From a bacterium (GTDB lineage Bacteria; Patescibacteriota; Minisyncoccia; Moranbacterales; UBA2206), in the NCBI GenBank assembly GCA_030654225.1, contig JAURXY010000003.1, positions 16,056-80,055 of the forward strand: a DNA stretch of 64,000 bases. The letters are read 5' to 3'. Both the position numbers and the translations under genes were made by a program. Positions 19,284 through 28,755 of this stretch are shown here, piece after piece (the stretch's first letter is position 1; every line of letters starts with the position of its first letter). Below the pieces are notes generated by a model. It was not told where the DNA came from, made no database searches, and saw only the letters and a list, made by a program, of their open reading frames with translations.

Positions 19284-19665
19284 ACCCAAAATGTTTAAGT
19301 GTTGGTAGGATGTTTGGGGCAAGATCTTCTGGGAGATTATTGATATTTAGCCAGTCCCATTTTCGAATATCTTCTCCCGGAATTATTTCGCCAATTCTTT
19401 TGGCTAAAAAGTGAACCAAGATAACATCGAAATTCCCCTCGGGGGTTTCTTTTTTTGTGTGAAGTAGGAATGGTTTTTCGTCTAAAATTTCAATTTCAAT
19501 TCCTAATTCTTCTTTAGATCTTCTTTTTGCAGTTTCAATCAAGCTTTCATTTTCTTGAATTTTTCCACCACAAAATTTCCAAATATCTTCTTTATAATCT
19601 TTATCTAATAAGACTTTATTATTTTCCACGATCACTGGACCAGACGCGATGATTATTTTTGGCAT
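19273..19665 (-). CDS. NUDIX hydrolase
   Basis: 130 aa with a Nudix box (GGKIQENESLIETAKRRSKEELGIE). Confidence 0.8.
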   Translation of the reverse strand: MPKIIIASGPVIVENNKVLLDKDYKEDIWKFCGGKIQENESLIETAKRRSKEELGIEIEILDEKPFLLHTKKETPEGNFDVILVHFLAKRIGEIIPGEDIRKWDWLNINNLPEDLAPNILPTLKHFGFIK

Positions 19666-19701
19666 ATTTTTTATGAAATTAAAAATTATTTAGGTTTTAA
19701 T

Positions 19702-20736
19702 TTAAAATTTACCAATAGCATTGAAAAAAATAATAGATGCCCATAATAAAACAATAAAAACAAAAAATATTTTGTTGGATATACTCATCTTCTCTGATGC
19801 CTTAAAAATATCAATAAAGTATTTAATAGAAAATACAAAAAATACAAAAAACATTAATGGAATAGAGAGATAAAATATATTTGCTTCGCTGGGGCAGGTT
19901 TCCATTAAGCGACAGGACCCTATATTTTTTAGATAAATTAATGCAATTAAAGAATATATAACAAATATACCACTTATTAACACTAAATTACGCACATTTT
20001 TCTTGAGGGATATATTTGCACCAATAATTTTTTGTTGAGATGTTTGAGGTATAAAATAGGTCAATAGTGAAAAAATAATAATAACTAAGATAATGGAATA
20101 TAAATTTTGCTGGCTTTTTCCTGAAAAAAAGTATGAACCACATGATTTTATAGTATTATTAGATTTCTTGCATGCGTTGCTGTTTCTTGCTGTAATGGAA
20201 CAATTATCAAGGCAACTATCTTTATGAAGGCGACCAAATGAGGAAGTTTTCAAATTATCACAAAAATCACAATTGTTTTTTATTTTTGCTAATCTTATGC
20301 TCGTTCCTTCAATACAGTGTTCTACTGCAGCTTGTTTATCAAAAGCAGTGCTTTCTTTTGTTGGTTCGCCATATAGATTGATTGTGAATGTTGCGGGAAA
20401 AGCATTGATTGTTTGATTGCAAAAAGAGATATCATTTTTCTGGGTGGCAAAGTACGCATAACAATTCCCAACTGTTTCATAGGAAGATCGATTATGGCTA
20501 CGGTTATAGGCTAAAGTATCTTCAGATATATTGCAATCAAGAATGTTGGAAAATTCTTTGCTTACTTTATATCTATCTGAGCCGTAGTCGGATATGTTAT
20601 TATTATTTTTTTTGGAATTTATAAAAAAAGCTATCAATAAGCTTATAATAAAAATTGAAGAAACGAAAACAATCTTTATTAGCTGTTCCTTCTTGTTATT
20701 TGGGGAATAATTAAAATTTTGATTTATTTGTTCCAT
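19702..20736 (-). CDS. Hypothetical Cys-rich membrane protein
   Basis: 344 aa. N-terminal TM helix, a Cys-rich presumed extracytoplasmic region, and several C-terminal TM helices. No recognisable catalytic motif. Confidence 0.45.
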   Translation of the reverse strand: MEQINQNFNYSPNNKKEQLIKIVFVSSIFIISLLIAFFINSKKNNNNISDYGSDRYKVSKEFSNILDCNISEDTLAYNRSHNRSSYETVGNCYAYFATQKNDISFCNQTINAFPATFTINLYGEPTKESTAFDKQAAVEHCIEGTSIRLAKIKNNCDFCDNLKTSSFGRLHKDSCLDNCSITARNSNACKKSNNTIKSCGSYFFSGKSQQNLYSIILVIIIFSLLTYFIPQTSQQKIIGANISLKKNVRNLVLISGIFVIYSLIALIYLKNIGSCRLMETCPSEANIFYLSIPLMFFVFFVFSIKYFIDIFKASEKMSISNKIFFVFIVLLWASIIFFNAIGKF

Positions 20737-20766
20737 AATTTTGAAATTAAAAATAAATTTTTACAG

Positions 20767-21396
20767 TTATTTTTTAAAACTTAATTCACTAACGGATTCT
20801 TCAATTGCTTTTCTAATTATTTTTTCTAATTTTGAATAATTATGATCATCTGCAAGTTGCAAAGCTTTGATATAATTATTTCTTCCTGAAATTGTTTCGA
20901 CTTTTAGTTCGATTGGTGGCAAGTTTAAATTAAGTAGAATAATATTATTTAACAATCTGCCGATTCTCCCATTATAATCTTGAAACGGATGAATCCAAGA
21001 AAATCTATGATGTGCCCAAGCGATTAAAAAAATCAATTCATCGAGAAATTTACTGTCATCAATTTTTGGCAAATGGTGCGTTCTTATTTGCAAGTCTTGA
21101 GTAAATTCAAGCATAAGTTGCGGTACCAAATAAAATTTCGGTGGGATATGCTTTGAAACCTTAACTTCAATGTTTCGATATTGGCCACCCATTTTTGGAA
21201 AAATCCAATTAAAGCCAATTTTGTGAATTTGCTTTATGAATTCTGGCGTGAGAGGCAAATTGCCTTTTTCGTTTTCTTGCAAAATAAAATCCCATGCCTT
21301 CTTTATTCCTTCAATTTCTAAAGGAATTAATTTGGAGCGTGGGATAATACCGAAAGACGTTTCTTTGTAGCTGGTTTCGCCTTTTCTTTTTTTCAT
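20767..21396 (-). CDS. Fic/DOC family protein
   Basis: HPFQDYNGRIGR matches the FIC motif HPFx[DE]GNGRxxR (G to Y at position 6). Confidence 0.8.
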   Translation of the reverse strand: MKKRKGETSYKETSFGIIPRSKLIPLEIEGIKKAWDFILQENEKGNLPLTPEFIKQIHKIGFNWIFPKMGGQYRNIEVKVSKHIPPKFYLVPQLMLEFTQDLQIRTHHLPKIDDSKFLDELIFLIAWAHHRFSWIHPFQDYNGRIGRLLNNIILLNLNLPPIELKVETISGRNNYIKALQLADDHNYSKLEKIIRKAIEESVSELSFKK

Positions 21397-21406
21397 CGTA
21401 TTGAAA

Positions 21407-21583
21407 TTAAGCTTTTTGCAAAACTTTTTTTACCATTTTTTGCGTTACTTCAGAATTTTCACTTTTAGTCGTTCGATAAACCATTTTATTTATAAACATA
21501 CCAAAATAATCCTGACGCATTTTGCTTTTTGCTGGGGATTTTTGAAAACTTTTTAAAATTTGAATCATTTGTTGTTTTGACAT
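21407..21583 (-). CDS. Small ORF (58 aa) upstream of fic. Candidate FicA/VbhA-like antitoxin
   Basis: The minus-strand ORF MSKQQMIQILKSFQKSPAKSKMRQDYFGMFINKMVYRTTKSENSEV... contains TTKSEN, matching the [ST]xxxE[GN] inhibitory motif of class I Fic antitoxins. It lies 10 bp upstream of the fic gene on the same strand and is absent from the ORF track because it is under 60 aa. Confidence 0.4.
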   Translation of the reverse strand: MSKQQMIQILKSFQKSPAKSKMRQDYFGMFINKMVYRTTKSENSEVTQKMVKKVLQKA

Positions 21584-21631
21584 ATCTTAAGATTAGCATA
21601 ATTAGCTTGCCTTGTCCATTTTTTTAGGAGG

Positions 21632-23254
21632 CTATATTTTCTTCACCATATAACTATCTTTCAATTTATACCCCAATTTTCGATAATATCCACGCACGCC
21701 GACGCCGGAAATTACTACAATTCTATCAAGCCCAAATTCTTTTTTGGTGATTTTTTCGGCCTCGAGGATTAGTTTTTTTCCAAGACCGATGTGTTGAGGA
21801 GAAATATTATCTTTTTGGTTGATCTGATTCATTTTACCATAAGTATGCACTTCTCTTATTATAGCAGAATTTTTTAGAACATTCGGGGCTATGCTTTTTT
21901 CGTTATTTATTCTTAGGCGTAAAAGTGCGAAAAGCTTAGACCTCACCCCAGCCCTCTCCTTATCAAGGAGAGGGAGCGTTGAATATTCTAAAAATATTTC
22001 TTGGCCGTCGCTGGAGGGATAGTCAATGCGATGCAAAATTATTTTTTCTTTGAGACTATAATCGGATCGCACTTCACGACAACGAATGCAAGGGCAGGTG
22101 GAATTTTTGGCGATTAGTTGGCGGAGATTGGAAACTTTTGGTCCGGCGATAATGGAACTTTCGGGTACATCACGCACCAGGCGAGAGATGCGAATATAAG
22201 GTGGAATAATTTCATTTTTAACGCGCAGGATAAATTTTTCAAAACTTTTGTCGGTGAGTGCTTTATATTTCCCGGCTTTCCATATTTTATACAGTGGACT
22301 TTGGCGAATAACGACAGTCGGATAAATCTTGAGCATATCAGGTTGGAAATTATGATCAGAAAAAAGTTTTTCAAACATTTGAAAATCTTTTTTGATGCTG
22401 GAGCCGAGAAGCCCTGGCATAATATGATAGTTGATTTTGAAACCAAAATCTTTGAGCAGTTTTGTAGCTTCGATAGTTCTTTGGACATTGTGTCCGCGTT
22501 TATTTTTTTCTAATACATCGTCAAAAATACTTTGCACCCCGAGTTCCACTCGAGTGCATCCAAGATTTCTAAAATTAATCAATTCTTCTGCGTCGATATA
22601 ATCCGGTCGTGTTTCCAGTGTCAGTCCGATTATTCTATGTTTAGCCGTCTCGTTTTTCTTCTGTTCCGTTTTTAATTTTATTTCAATATTGTTTCTTGTT
22701 TCTTGATTCTTGTTTCTTGATTTCGGATAATCATTACAAGCCCGAAAACACTCCAAAACAAATTTATTTTGATAACTTTTTGGCAGATAGGAAAAAGTTC
22801 CGCCCATCACGATAATCTCTATTTTGTCAGTTTTGTGGCCGTTGAGTTCTAGGGCGTGAATTCTTCTTTGCACTTGAAGATAAGGATTAAATTTAGCGGA
22901 AATGGCGCGCATCACAGCTGGTTCATTTGAGAGATAGCTTTTGGGCATTTCCACTTCATCGGGGCAATAAATGCATTTGCCTGGACAAGGATAACTTTTA
23001 GTAAGCACTGCCACCACAGCCACGCCAGAATCGGTGCGAATTTTTTTGCTAAAAAGGCAATTTTCTAAATCCGGATTGCGTTTGATTTTTTTTTGAGTAA
23101 TCATTTTTTCATAAAGTTCGCGAATGTCAGCGTTGGTTGGGAGTGGCAGTCCCAAATTTTTGCAAATTTCTTTTTTGCGTTTCAAAAAGAGCTCAGGATT
23201 TGAAATCTTGGTTTGGGTTGCTAGTTTTATGAAATTGTCATAGGATTTAAGCAT
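21632..23254 (-). CDS. elp3: Elp3-like tRNA uridine(34) modification enzyme (radical SAM + GNAT acetyltransferase)
   Basis: 540 aa. Radical-SAM core (CPGKCIYCPDE) and C-terminal GNAT (HIGLGKKLILEAEKITKKEFGLDRIVVISGVGVRGYYRKLGY). Contains two in-frame repeat or palindrome insertions. Confidence 0.85.
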   Translation of the reverse strand: MLKSYDNFIKLATQTKISNPELFLKRKKEICKNLGLPLPTNADIRELYEKMITQKKIKRNPDLENCLFSKKIRTDSGVAVVAVLTKSYPCPGKCIYCPDEVEMPKSYLSNEPAVMRAISAKFNPYLQVQRRIHALELNGHKTDKIEIIVMGGTFSYLPKSYQNKFVLECFRACNDYPKSRNKNQETRNNIEIKLKTEQKKNETAKHRIIGLTLETRPDYIDAEELINFRNLGCTRVELGVQSIFDDVLEKNKRGHNVQRTIEATKLLKDFGFKINYHIMPGLLGSSIKKDFQMFEKLFSDHNFQPDMLKIYPTVVIRQSPLYKIWKAGKYKALTDKSFEKFILRVKNEIIPPYIRISRLVRDVPESSIIAGPKVSNLRQLIAKNSTCPCIRCREVRSDYSLKEKIILHRIDYPSSDGQEIFLEYSTLPLLDKERAGVRSKLFALLRLRINNEKSIAPNVLKNSAIIREVHTYGKMNQINQKDNISPQHIGLGKKLILEAEKITKKEFGLDRIVVISGVGVRGYYRKLGYKLKDSYMVKKI

Positions 23255-23427
23255 GGGGGGAGTTGGGGAATTGAATAATTAAAATTTTCTCTAAATTAAA
23301 CTCGAGTCCTAGAAATTCTTGCCAAAATTTTTCTGACAACCAACGGCGGAAACAGAAAAATTTTGGATAATTTCTGGACTCTCAAGCAGTAATTTATCGA
23401 AAATTTTAATCATTCAATTTATTTATT

Positions 23428-24093
23428 ATGGAGATGGAGGATAAAATTTTAAGAGACATTGAAAACGGTTATGATTTGATGGTGGAGAAATTTTCCAATA
23501 CTCGAAAATATTTTTGGAGGGATTTTGAATTTATTCGAGGATACATTCCTGATGATGGGAAAATTTTGGATTTTGGTTGTGGCAACGGGCGTTTTTTGGA
23601 AATGCTGAAAGACAGAAGGCAAGAATATTTTGGCGTGGATGTTTCACAAAAACTAATTGATATCGCCAAGGAGAAATATGCAAAAGAGGGGGTCAATTTT
23701 CAAAAAATATCCAGTTCGGACATTCTACCATTTCCTGACAATTTTTTCAACAGTGTCGTGTCCATTTCAGTTTTTCATCATTTTCCTTCTGGTCACGCGC
23801 AAAGGATGGCCAAAGAAATTTATCGCGTGACAAAGCCTGGCGGGATGGTCATAATCAGCGTTTGGAATTTATGGCAGAAGAGATATTGGAAATATTGGCT
23901 AAATCCAAAAAATCTTTGGGAAAAAAATATTAACATACCTTTCAAAAACAATCAAGAAGAAATCTTCAATCGCTTTCATCATATGTTTAGAAAAAAAGAA
24001 TTGGAAAAGCTTTTCTGGCAGGCTGGCTTCCAAATTGAAAAATCTCTTGTGCTTAACAAGAAAAATATTATTATAATAGGTAAGAAAATATAA
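23428..24093 (+). CDS. Class I SAM-dependent methyltransferase
   Basis: ILDFGCGNGRFLEML (motif I GxGxG) and the downstream Rossmann-fold pattern. Substrate unknown. Confidence 0.75.
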   Translation: MEMEDKILRDIENGYDLMVEKFSNTRKYFWRDFEFIRGYIPDDGKILDFGCGNGRFLEMLKDRRQEYFGVDVSQKLIDIAKEKYAKEGVNFQKISSSDILPFPDNFFNSVVSISVFHHFPSGHAQRMAKEIYRVTKPGGMVIISVWNLWQKRYWKYWLNPKNLWEKNINIPFKNNQEEIFNRFHHMFRKKELEKLFWQAGFQIEKSLVLNKKNIIIIGKKI

Positions 24094-24099
24094 CTTTTG

Positions 24100-24183
24100 T
24101 GCCCAAGGAGAGACTCGAACTCTCAAGAGATTACTCCCACGCGATTTTGAGTCGCGCGCGTATACCAATTCCGCCACTTGGGC
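24100..24183 (-). tRNA. tRNA-Leu (anticodon CAA)
   Basis: The reverse complement folds as GCCCAAG acceptor / GCG..CGC D-arm / CGCGA-CTCAAAA-TCGCG anticodon arm (CAA) / 15-nt variable arm / GAGAG-TTCGAGT-CTCTC T-arm / CTTGGGC-A. CCA is not encoded. Confidence 0.85.
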
Positions 24184-24238
24184 ATATTTATATTATTTTG
24201 TCATAAGATACATTTGTAGTATAATAGACTTATAGATT

Positions 24239-25030
24239 ATGGCAAAGATTATTTCATTAGTCAATCAAAAGGGCGGAGTGGGCAAAACTACCTCAGCCAT
24301 TAACCTAGCAACCTATTTGGCGGAGCTGGGCAAGTTTGTTTTGCTTGTGGACCTTGACCCACAAGGCAATGCTTCTTCTGGACTGGGACTAAATGTCAGA
24401 GAAATTGAAAAAAGTCTCTATCACTCAATGATACTCGGAGAACATCCGTCGAAAATCATTATGCGTACAGAAACTTTCGGCCATGATTTGATTCCTGCTT
24501 CGCAGGATTTGGCCGGAGCGGGGATTGAGCTTGTGCATATGGATAATCGTGAGTTTCGACTGTACAATGTTCTACGAGAAATTAGAACTAACTACGACTA
24601 CATTATAATTGATTCTCCACCAAGTCTCGGACTCCTCACAATTAATGGTCTGGTAGCGAGCGATGAAATTATTATTCCCGTGCAAACAGAATACTTTGCT
24701 TTGGAGGGTCTTAGTCAACTTCTAAATACTATTAATCTTATCAAAGAAAATCTTCAGCCTGAACTTAAGGTTATGGGCGCACTTCTCACGATGTATGACA
24801 AGCGAAATCGTTTGGCGCGTCAAGTAGTCAAAGAAGTGCAGGATCATTTTCCGGGGCATGTTTTTGAGAGTGTTATCCCTCGTTCAATTCGTTTGGCGGA
24901 AGCCCCAGGATTTGGCAAATCAATTTTGAGTTTTGATTCGCTTTCCAAAGGCGCGAGAGCTTACAAAAATCTAGCCAAAGAAATTATCGAACTAGATAAA
25001 AATAATAATAAAAAGGATTTTTCAGTTTAA
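24239..25030 (+). CDS. parA: Chromosome partitioning ATPase ParA/Soj
   Basis: Deviant Walker A NQKGGVGKTT, 263 aa, followed by parB. Confidence 0.9.
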   Translation: MAKIISLVNQKGGVGKTTSAINLATYLAELGKFVLLVDLDPQGNASSGLGLNVREIEKSLYHSMILGEHPSKIIMRTETFGHDLIPASQDLAGAGIELVHMDNREFRLYNVLREIRTNYDYIIIDSPPSLGLLTINGLVASDEIIIPVQTEYFALEGLSQLLNTINLIKENLQPELKVMGALLTMYDKRNRLARQVVKEVQDHFPGHVFESVIPRSIRLAEAPGFGKSILSFDSLSKGARAYKNLAKEIIELDKNNNKKDFSV

Positions 25031-25049
25031 AAAAATAAAAAATAAATTT

Positions 25050-25955
25050 ATGGCTCAGAATTATGGACTTGGTCGAGGACTGTCATCACTCATTCCTCAG
25101 AAATCAAAAAAAATTGATAAGCCAGCAGAAGATTTCAACTATTTTGGTGCTTCTGGAAAACCAATCGCGAACGTTTCTGAAGAGAAAAATGGCATAGAAG
25201 AAATTGAAATTTCAAAAATTGTGCCTAATCCCTATCAGCCACGAACGGTTTTTGATGAAGTAAAACTTCAAGAGTTGGCTGATTCTATAAAAGAACATGG
25301 AATAATTCAGCCGATCACAGTGAGTAAATCTGGTGGGCAATATGAAATTATTGCTGGTGAACGGCGTTTTCAGGCAGCTAAAATTGCCGGCCTCGCTGTT
25401 GTGCCGGTGATTATGCGAGAAACAACAACTGATCAACAAAAACTAGAATTGGCGATTATTGAAAATATTCAACGCCAAGATTTAAATCCAATTGAAGAGG
25501 CTAAATCATATTTGAAACTTACCAATGAATTCGCTCTTACACAAGAAGAGGTTGCAAAAAAATTAGGAAAAAATCGAAGTTCAGTAGCCAACAAAGTTCG
25601 ACTTTTGAATTTACCAATTGAAATTCAAAAAGCTCTAGTGGAAGGAAAAATTACGGAAGGACATTGTAAGTTGCTTTTGGCTATTCCTAACCCAGAAAAA
25701 CAAAGAGCTTTCTATGAACTGATAATCAAAAATGGTTTGACTGTGCGTCAAACGGAAGACAAAACCAAGGAAGTGACTGTCCACTCTCATAAAAGAAACA
25801 TTGTCGTTGACCCGGAAACCAAAAGCTTGGAAGACGAACTAATCGGCATCCTTGGCACCAAAGTCAAAATAAAAAAATCAGGTGGTGGTGGGCAGATTGT
25901 GATCGAATATTATTCCAAAGAAGAATTGAATAATATTTTGGGGAAGATAAAATAA
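25050..25955 (+). CDS. parB: Chromosome partitioning protein ParB/Spo0J
   Basis: ParB box GIIQPITV...YEIIAGERRFQAAKIAG plus an HTH. The final 90 bp are duplicated at 28756-28845. Confidence 0.9.
   Translation: MAQNYGLGRGLSSLIPQKSKKIDKPAEDFNYFGASGKPIANVSEEKNGIEEIEISKIVPNPYQPRTVFDEVKLQELADSIKEHGIIQPITVSKSGGQYEIIAGERRFQAAKIAGLAVVPVIMRETTTDQQKLELAIIENIQRQDLNPIEEAKSYLKLTNEFALTQEEVAKKLGKNRSSVANKVRLLNLPIEIQKALVEGKITEGHCKLLLAIPNPEKQRAFYELIIKNGLTVRQTEDKTKEVTVHSHKRNIVVDPETKSLEDELIGILGTKVKIKKSGGGGQIVIEYYSKEELNNILGKIK
25866..25955 (+). repeat. Direct repeat copy A (3' end of parB)
   Basis: 90 bp matching 28756-28845 with 4 mismatches. Confidence 0.9.
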
Positions 25956-25988
25956 ATTTATAAATAATTATTTTTAATAAACAAAACT

Positions 25989-26552
25989 ATGAAAAAAACA
26001 TTGCTAATTTTGGGGGTAGTCGTAGTTATTGTTGGTGGTTATATTTGGCTAACGTATAATAAACTCATAACTGCCAATGAAAACATTGACAATCAATGGG
26101 CGCAAGTGGAAACGCAATATCAAAGACGAATAGATTTAATTCCAAATCTTGTTGAGTCCGTTAAGGGCGTGATGAATCAAGAACAAAAAATATTTGGTGA
26201 TTTAGCTGAGGCTAGAACTCGCTATGCAGGCGCAACAAATGCTAATCAGAAAGTTGAAGCTGCTACTCAAGTGGATAGCGCTTTTGCTAGACTTTTAGCA
26301 GTAATGGAAAATTATCCACAATTAAAATCATCCGATAATGTACAAACACTCATGGCGCAATTAGAAGGAACAGAGAATAGAATTAGCGTTGAAAGAAAAA
26401 GATATAATGATTCAGTCAAAGATTTCAATGTTATGATCAAAAGAATTCCAGACAAATGGATTGCAAATTCTTTAGGATTTTCAGAAAAAAATTATTTTGA
26501 AGCTACGAAGGGATCTGAAAATGCTCCAAAGGTTGATTTAAAAAACAACTAA
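25989..26552 (+). CDS. lemA: LemA family protein
   Basis: N-terminal TM helix then NENIDNQWAQVETQYQRRIDLIPNLVESVKG, characteristic of the LemA family. Confidence 0.85.
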   Translation: MKKTLLILGVVVVIVGGYIWLTYNKLITANENIDNQWAQVETQYQRRIDLIPNLVESVKGVMNQEQKIFGDLAEARTRYAGATNANQKVEAATQVDSAFARLLAVMENYPQLKSSDNVQTLMAQLEGTENRISVERKRYNDSVKDFNVMIKRIPDKWIANSLGFSEKNYFEATKGSENAPKVDLKNN

Positions 26553-26555
26553 AAA

Positions 26556-27575
26556 ATGATTTCTAGAATCATAAAATTTTCGCTACTTCTTTTTATATTT
26601 TTTGCTTTTCCAGTAAAAGCTTATTATAATCCGGGAACTCCAACCGGATTTGTTAATGATTATGCAGGAATATTAAGCGCAGAACAAAAACAAACGCTGG
26701 AAAGCAAGCTTTCACAATTTGAAAAAAACTCAAGCAATGAAATTTCTGTGGTGACTGTCCCAAGCTTGAAGGATGATACAGTTGAAAATTTTGCAGTTGA
26801 ACTTTTCAAGGACTGGGGCATTGGCAAAAAAGATAAAGATAATGGCGTGTTGGTTTTGGTCGCACTTTCTGACAAGAAAATGAGAATTGAGGTTGGCTAT
26901 GGTCTAGAAGGCACGCTTACGGATGCACAGGCTAGCTGGATAATTAGCGATATAATGAGACCAGCTTTTCAAAAAAGTGATTATTATTCTGGAATAAATG
27001 GAGCAGTGGATAAAATTGTTGCTTCAATTAACGGAGAAAATATTATTCTTCAAGATGCTAAGCAAAAAGTAAAAATTCAAGAGATAGAAAAAAAATTAAG
27101 AGAGTCGCAACCGATTGTTGATTCTGTATATTCAATAAAACATCCCATTGGAATCCTAGGTGTTCTGCAATTTATTATTGGGATTCTTTTGTTAACACTT
27201 CTTTTGATAACTGTTTATTCTGGATTTTATATTCCTTATATATTAGTAAGGTTAATTCTTGGTGTATTAGGTAAAAATAAAAGCTGGGTAGCAGGTGGGA
27301 TATTCGGAGGAATGATTGGAACTTCAATTGGAATTTTAAAAGAAAGTTTGTATAATGGATTACTTTGGTCTTTTATTCTTATACCAATTAGCCTTCTGCT
27401 TGATTTTTATCTTTCGAAATATAATACATTTTGGAAAAAAGATCTTAAGAGCTTATTAAAAACAAAAGGTGGTAAAAAAGGTGGATTTTGGTCAGGAGGG
27501 TCCTCCGGTGGTGGAGGTTTTGGTGGATTTGGTGGCGGGAGTTCCGGAGGCGGAGGCGCTAGCGGAGGTTGGTAA
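26556..27575 (+). CDS. TPM-domain protein with C-terminal TM segments and Gly-rich tail
   Basis: Signal/TM then YAGILSAEQKQTLESKL...SVVTV...GVLVLVALSDKKMRIEVGYGLEG (TPM fold signature). The C-terminus reads GGSSGGGGFGGFGGGSSGGGGASGGW. LemA-TPM pairs are a common gene neighbourhood. Confidence 0.8.
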   Translation: MISRIIKFSLLLFIFFAFPVKAYYNPGTPTGFVNDYAGILSAEQKQTLESKLSQFEKNSSNEISVVTVPSLKDDTVENFAVELFKDWGIGKKDKDNGVLVLVALSDKKMRIEVGYGLEGTLTDAQASWIISDIMRPAFQKSDYYSGINGAVDKIVASINGENIILQDAKQKVKIQEIEKKLRESQPIVDSVYSIKHPIGILGVLQFIIGILLLTLLLITVYSGFYIPYILVRLILGVLGKNKSWVAGGIFGGMIGTSIGILKESLYNGLLWSFILIPISLLLDFYLSKYNTFWKKDLKSLLKTKGGKKGGFWSGGSSGGGGFGGFGGGSSGGGGASGGW

Positions 27576-27634
27576 ATATGATATACTAAATTTAGAAGGA
27601 AGGTAGTATTTAATTAAAATAATTTAATAAAAAA

Positions 27635-28192
27635 ATGAAGATCTCAATGAGCAAAACGAGGGAACAGTTCCCCCTGAGTACGAAAAAAGTTCTCAAGAAA
27701 ACCGTAGCAGGAACATTAATTTGGTCAATATTATTATTTATAATCTGGCTTTTTGTCACTGTTGCTGTTGTTGTAAATAATAAAAGCTCTGCGGGGATAG
27801 CAGGAATAATAACATTGGCAATCTTTGGATTAATGGCCTTAATTATATTCGGGACATATTTTTATCAAAAGTGGTATTATTCGGTGTATTTTTATGATCT
27901 TACGGATGATTTTATTATCATTAAAAAAGGACCAATCACACCAAGCGAAATTACAATTCCATACGAAAGAGTGCAGGATGTTTATGTCGATCAGGATTTA
28001 CTGGATAGATTATTTGGAATTTATGATGTTCATTTGTCTAGTGCGACGATTTCCTCTGGCATGGAAGCTCATATAGATGGTGTAGAAAAAGTGGCGGCCG
28101 ATGGTTTGCGTGGATTTTTATTACAAACTGTTCAACAAAAAATTGGTAGAAAAAATAATCAAAATTTAAACAATAATCAACCTAATCAATAA
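27635..28192 (+). CDS. Membrane protein with bacterial PH (bPH_2/YdbT-like) domain
   Basis: Two TM helices then ITIPYERVQDVYVDQDLLDRLFGIYDVHLSSA, typical of bPH_2/DUF304. Confidence 0.6.
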   Translation: MKISMSKTREQFPLSTKKVLKKTVAGTLIWSILLFIIWLFVTVAVVVNNKSSAGIAGIITLAIFGLMALIIFGTYFYQKWYYSVYFYDLTDDFIIIKKGPITPSEITIPYERVQDVYVDQDLLDRLFGIYDVHLSSATISSGMEAHIDGVEKVAADGLRGFLLQTVQQKIGRKNNQNLNNNQPNQ

Positions 28193-28196
28193 AAAT

Positions 28197-28748
28197 ATGG
28201 AAAATATTTCACAAGTAATAACAGAAAAAAATTATCCCATCACAAAGCTTTGGATTTTTAAAGCCCCTATCATTATCATTTTATTAAATGTGGTTGCTTT
28301 ATTTTTTGGTTATTATTTTCCTTATCTTGTTTTAGCTATACCTATTATGTTAATTGTTAATCCTCTAATTAGAGCAAATTTTCATTATTCACTGGATGAT
28401 AAATTTTTCGATATAAAACAAGGAGTTATATCAAAAAAGCGAAGAAGCTTGCCTTATGGAGTTATTCAGAATGTTTTTGTTAAACAAGATTTATTTGATA
28501 GAATTTTTGGATTGGCTACTTTGAGAGTTGAAAACGCTTCGCAGGCAGGTGGTGGCAGTGGTGAACGCTGGTGGAACAAGAGCTATGGTTCAAAAGCTAC
28601 TGCTTATGGACAAAATGAGGGCGTTGGTTCTTCTGGGAATAAAGTGAATATCCCAGGACTTAAGAAACAAAACGCAGAAGACTTAAAAAGTTATATTCTT
28701 CAAAAGATAAAAGAAAATCCAATTGAAGATAGCCAATCAGGATTATAA
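28197..28748 (+). CDS. Membrane protein with bacterial PH (bPH_2/YdbT-like) domain, paralog
   Basis: Two TM helices then LPYGVIQNVFVKQDLFDRIFGLATLRVENA. Paralogous to the preceding gene. Confidence 0.6.
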   Translation: MENISQVITEKNYPITKLWIFKAPIIIILLNVVALFFGYYFPYLVLAIPIMLIVNPLIRANFHYSLDDKFFDIKQGVISKKRRSLPYGVIQNVFVKQDLFDRIFGLATLRVENASQAGGGSGERWWNKSYGSKATAYGQNEGVGSSGNKVNIPGLKKQNAEDLKSYILQKIKENPIEDSQSGL

Positions 28749-28755
28749 TATTATA

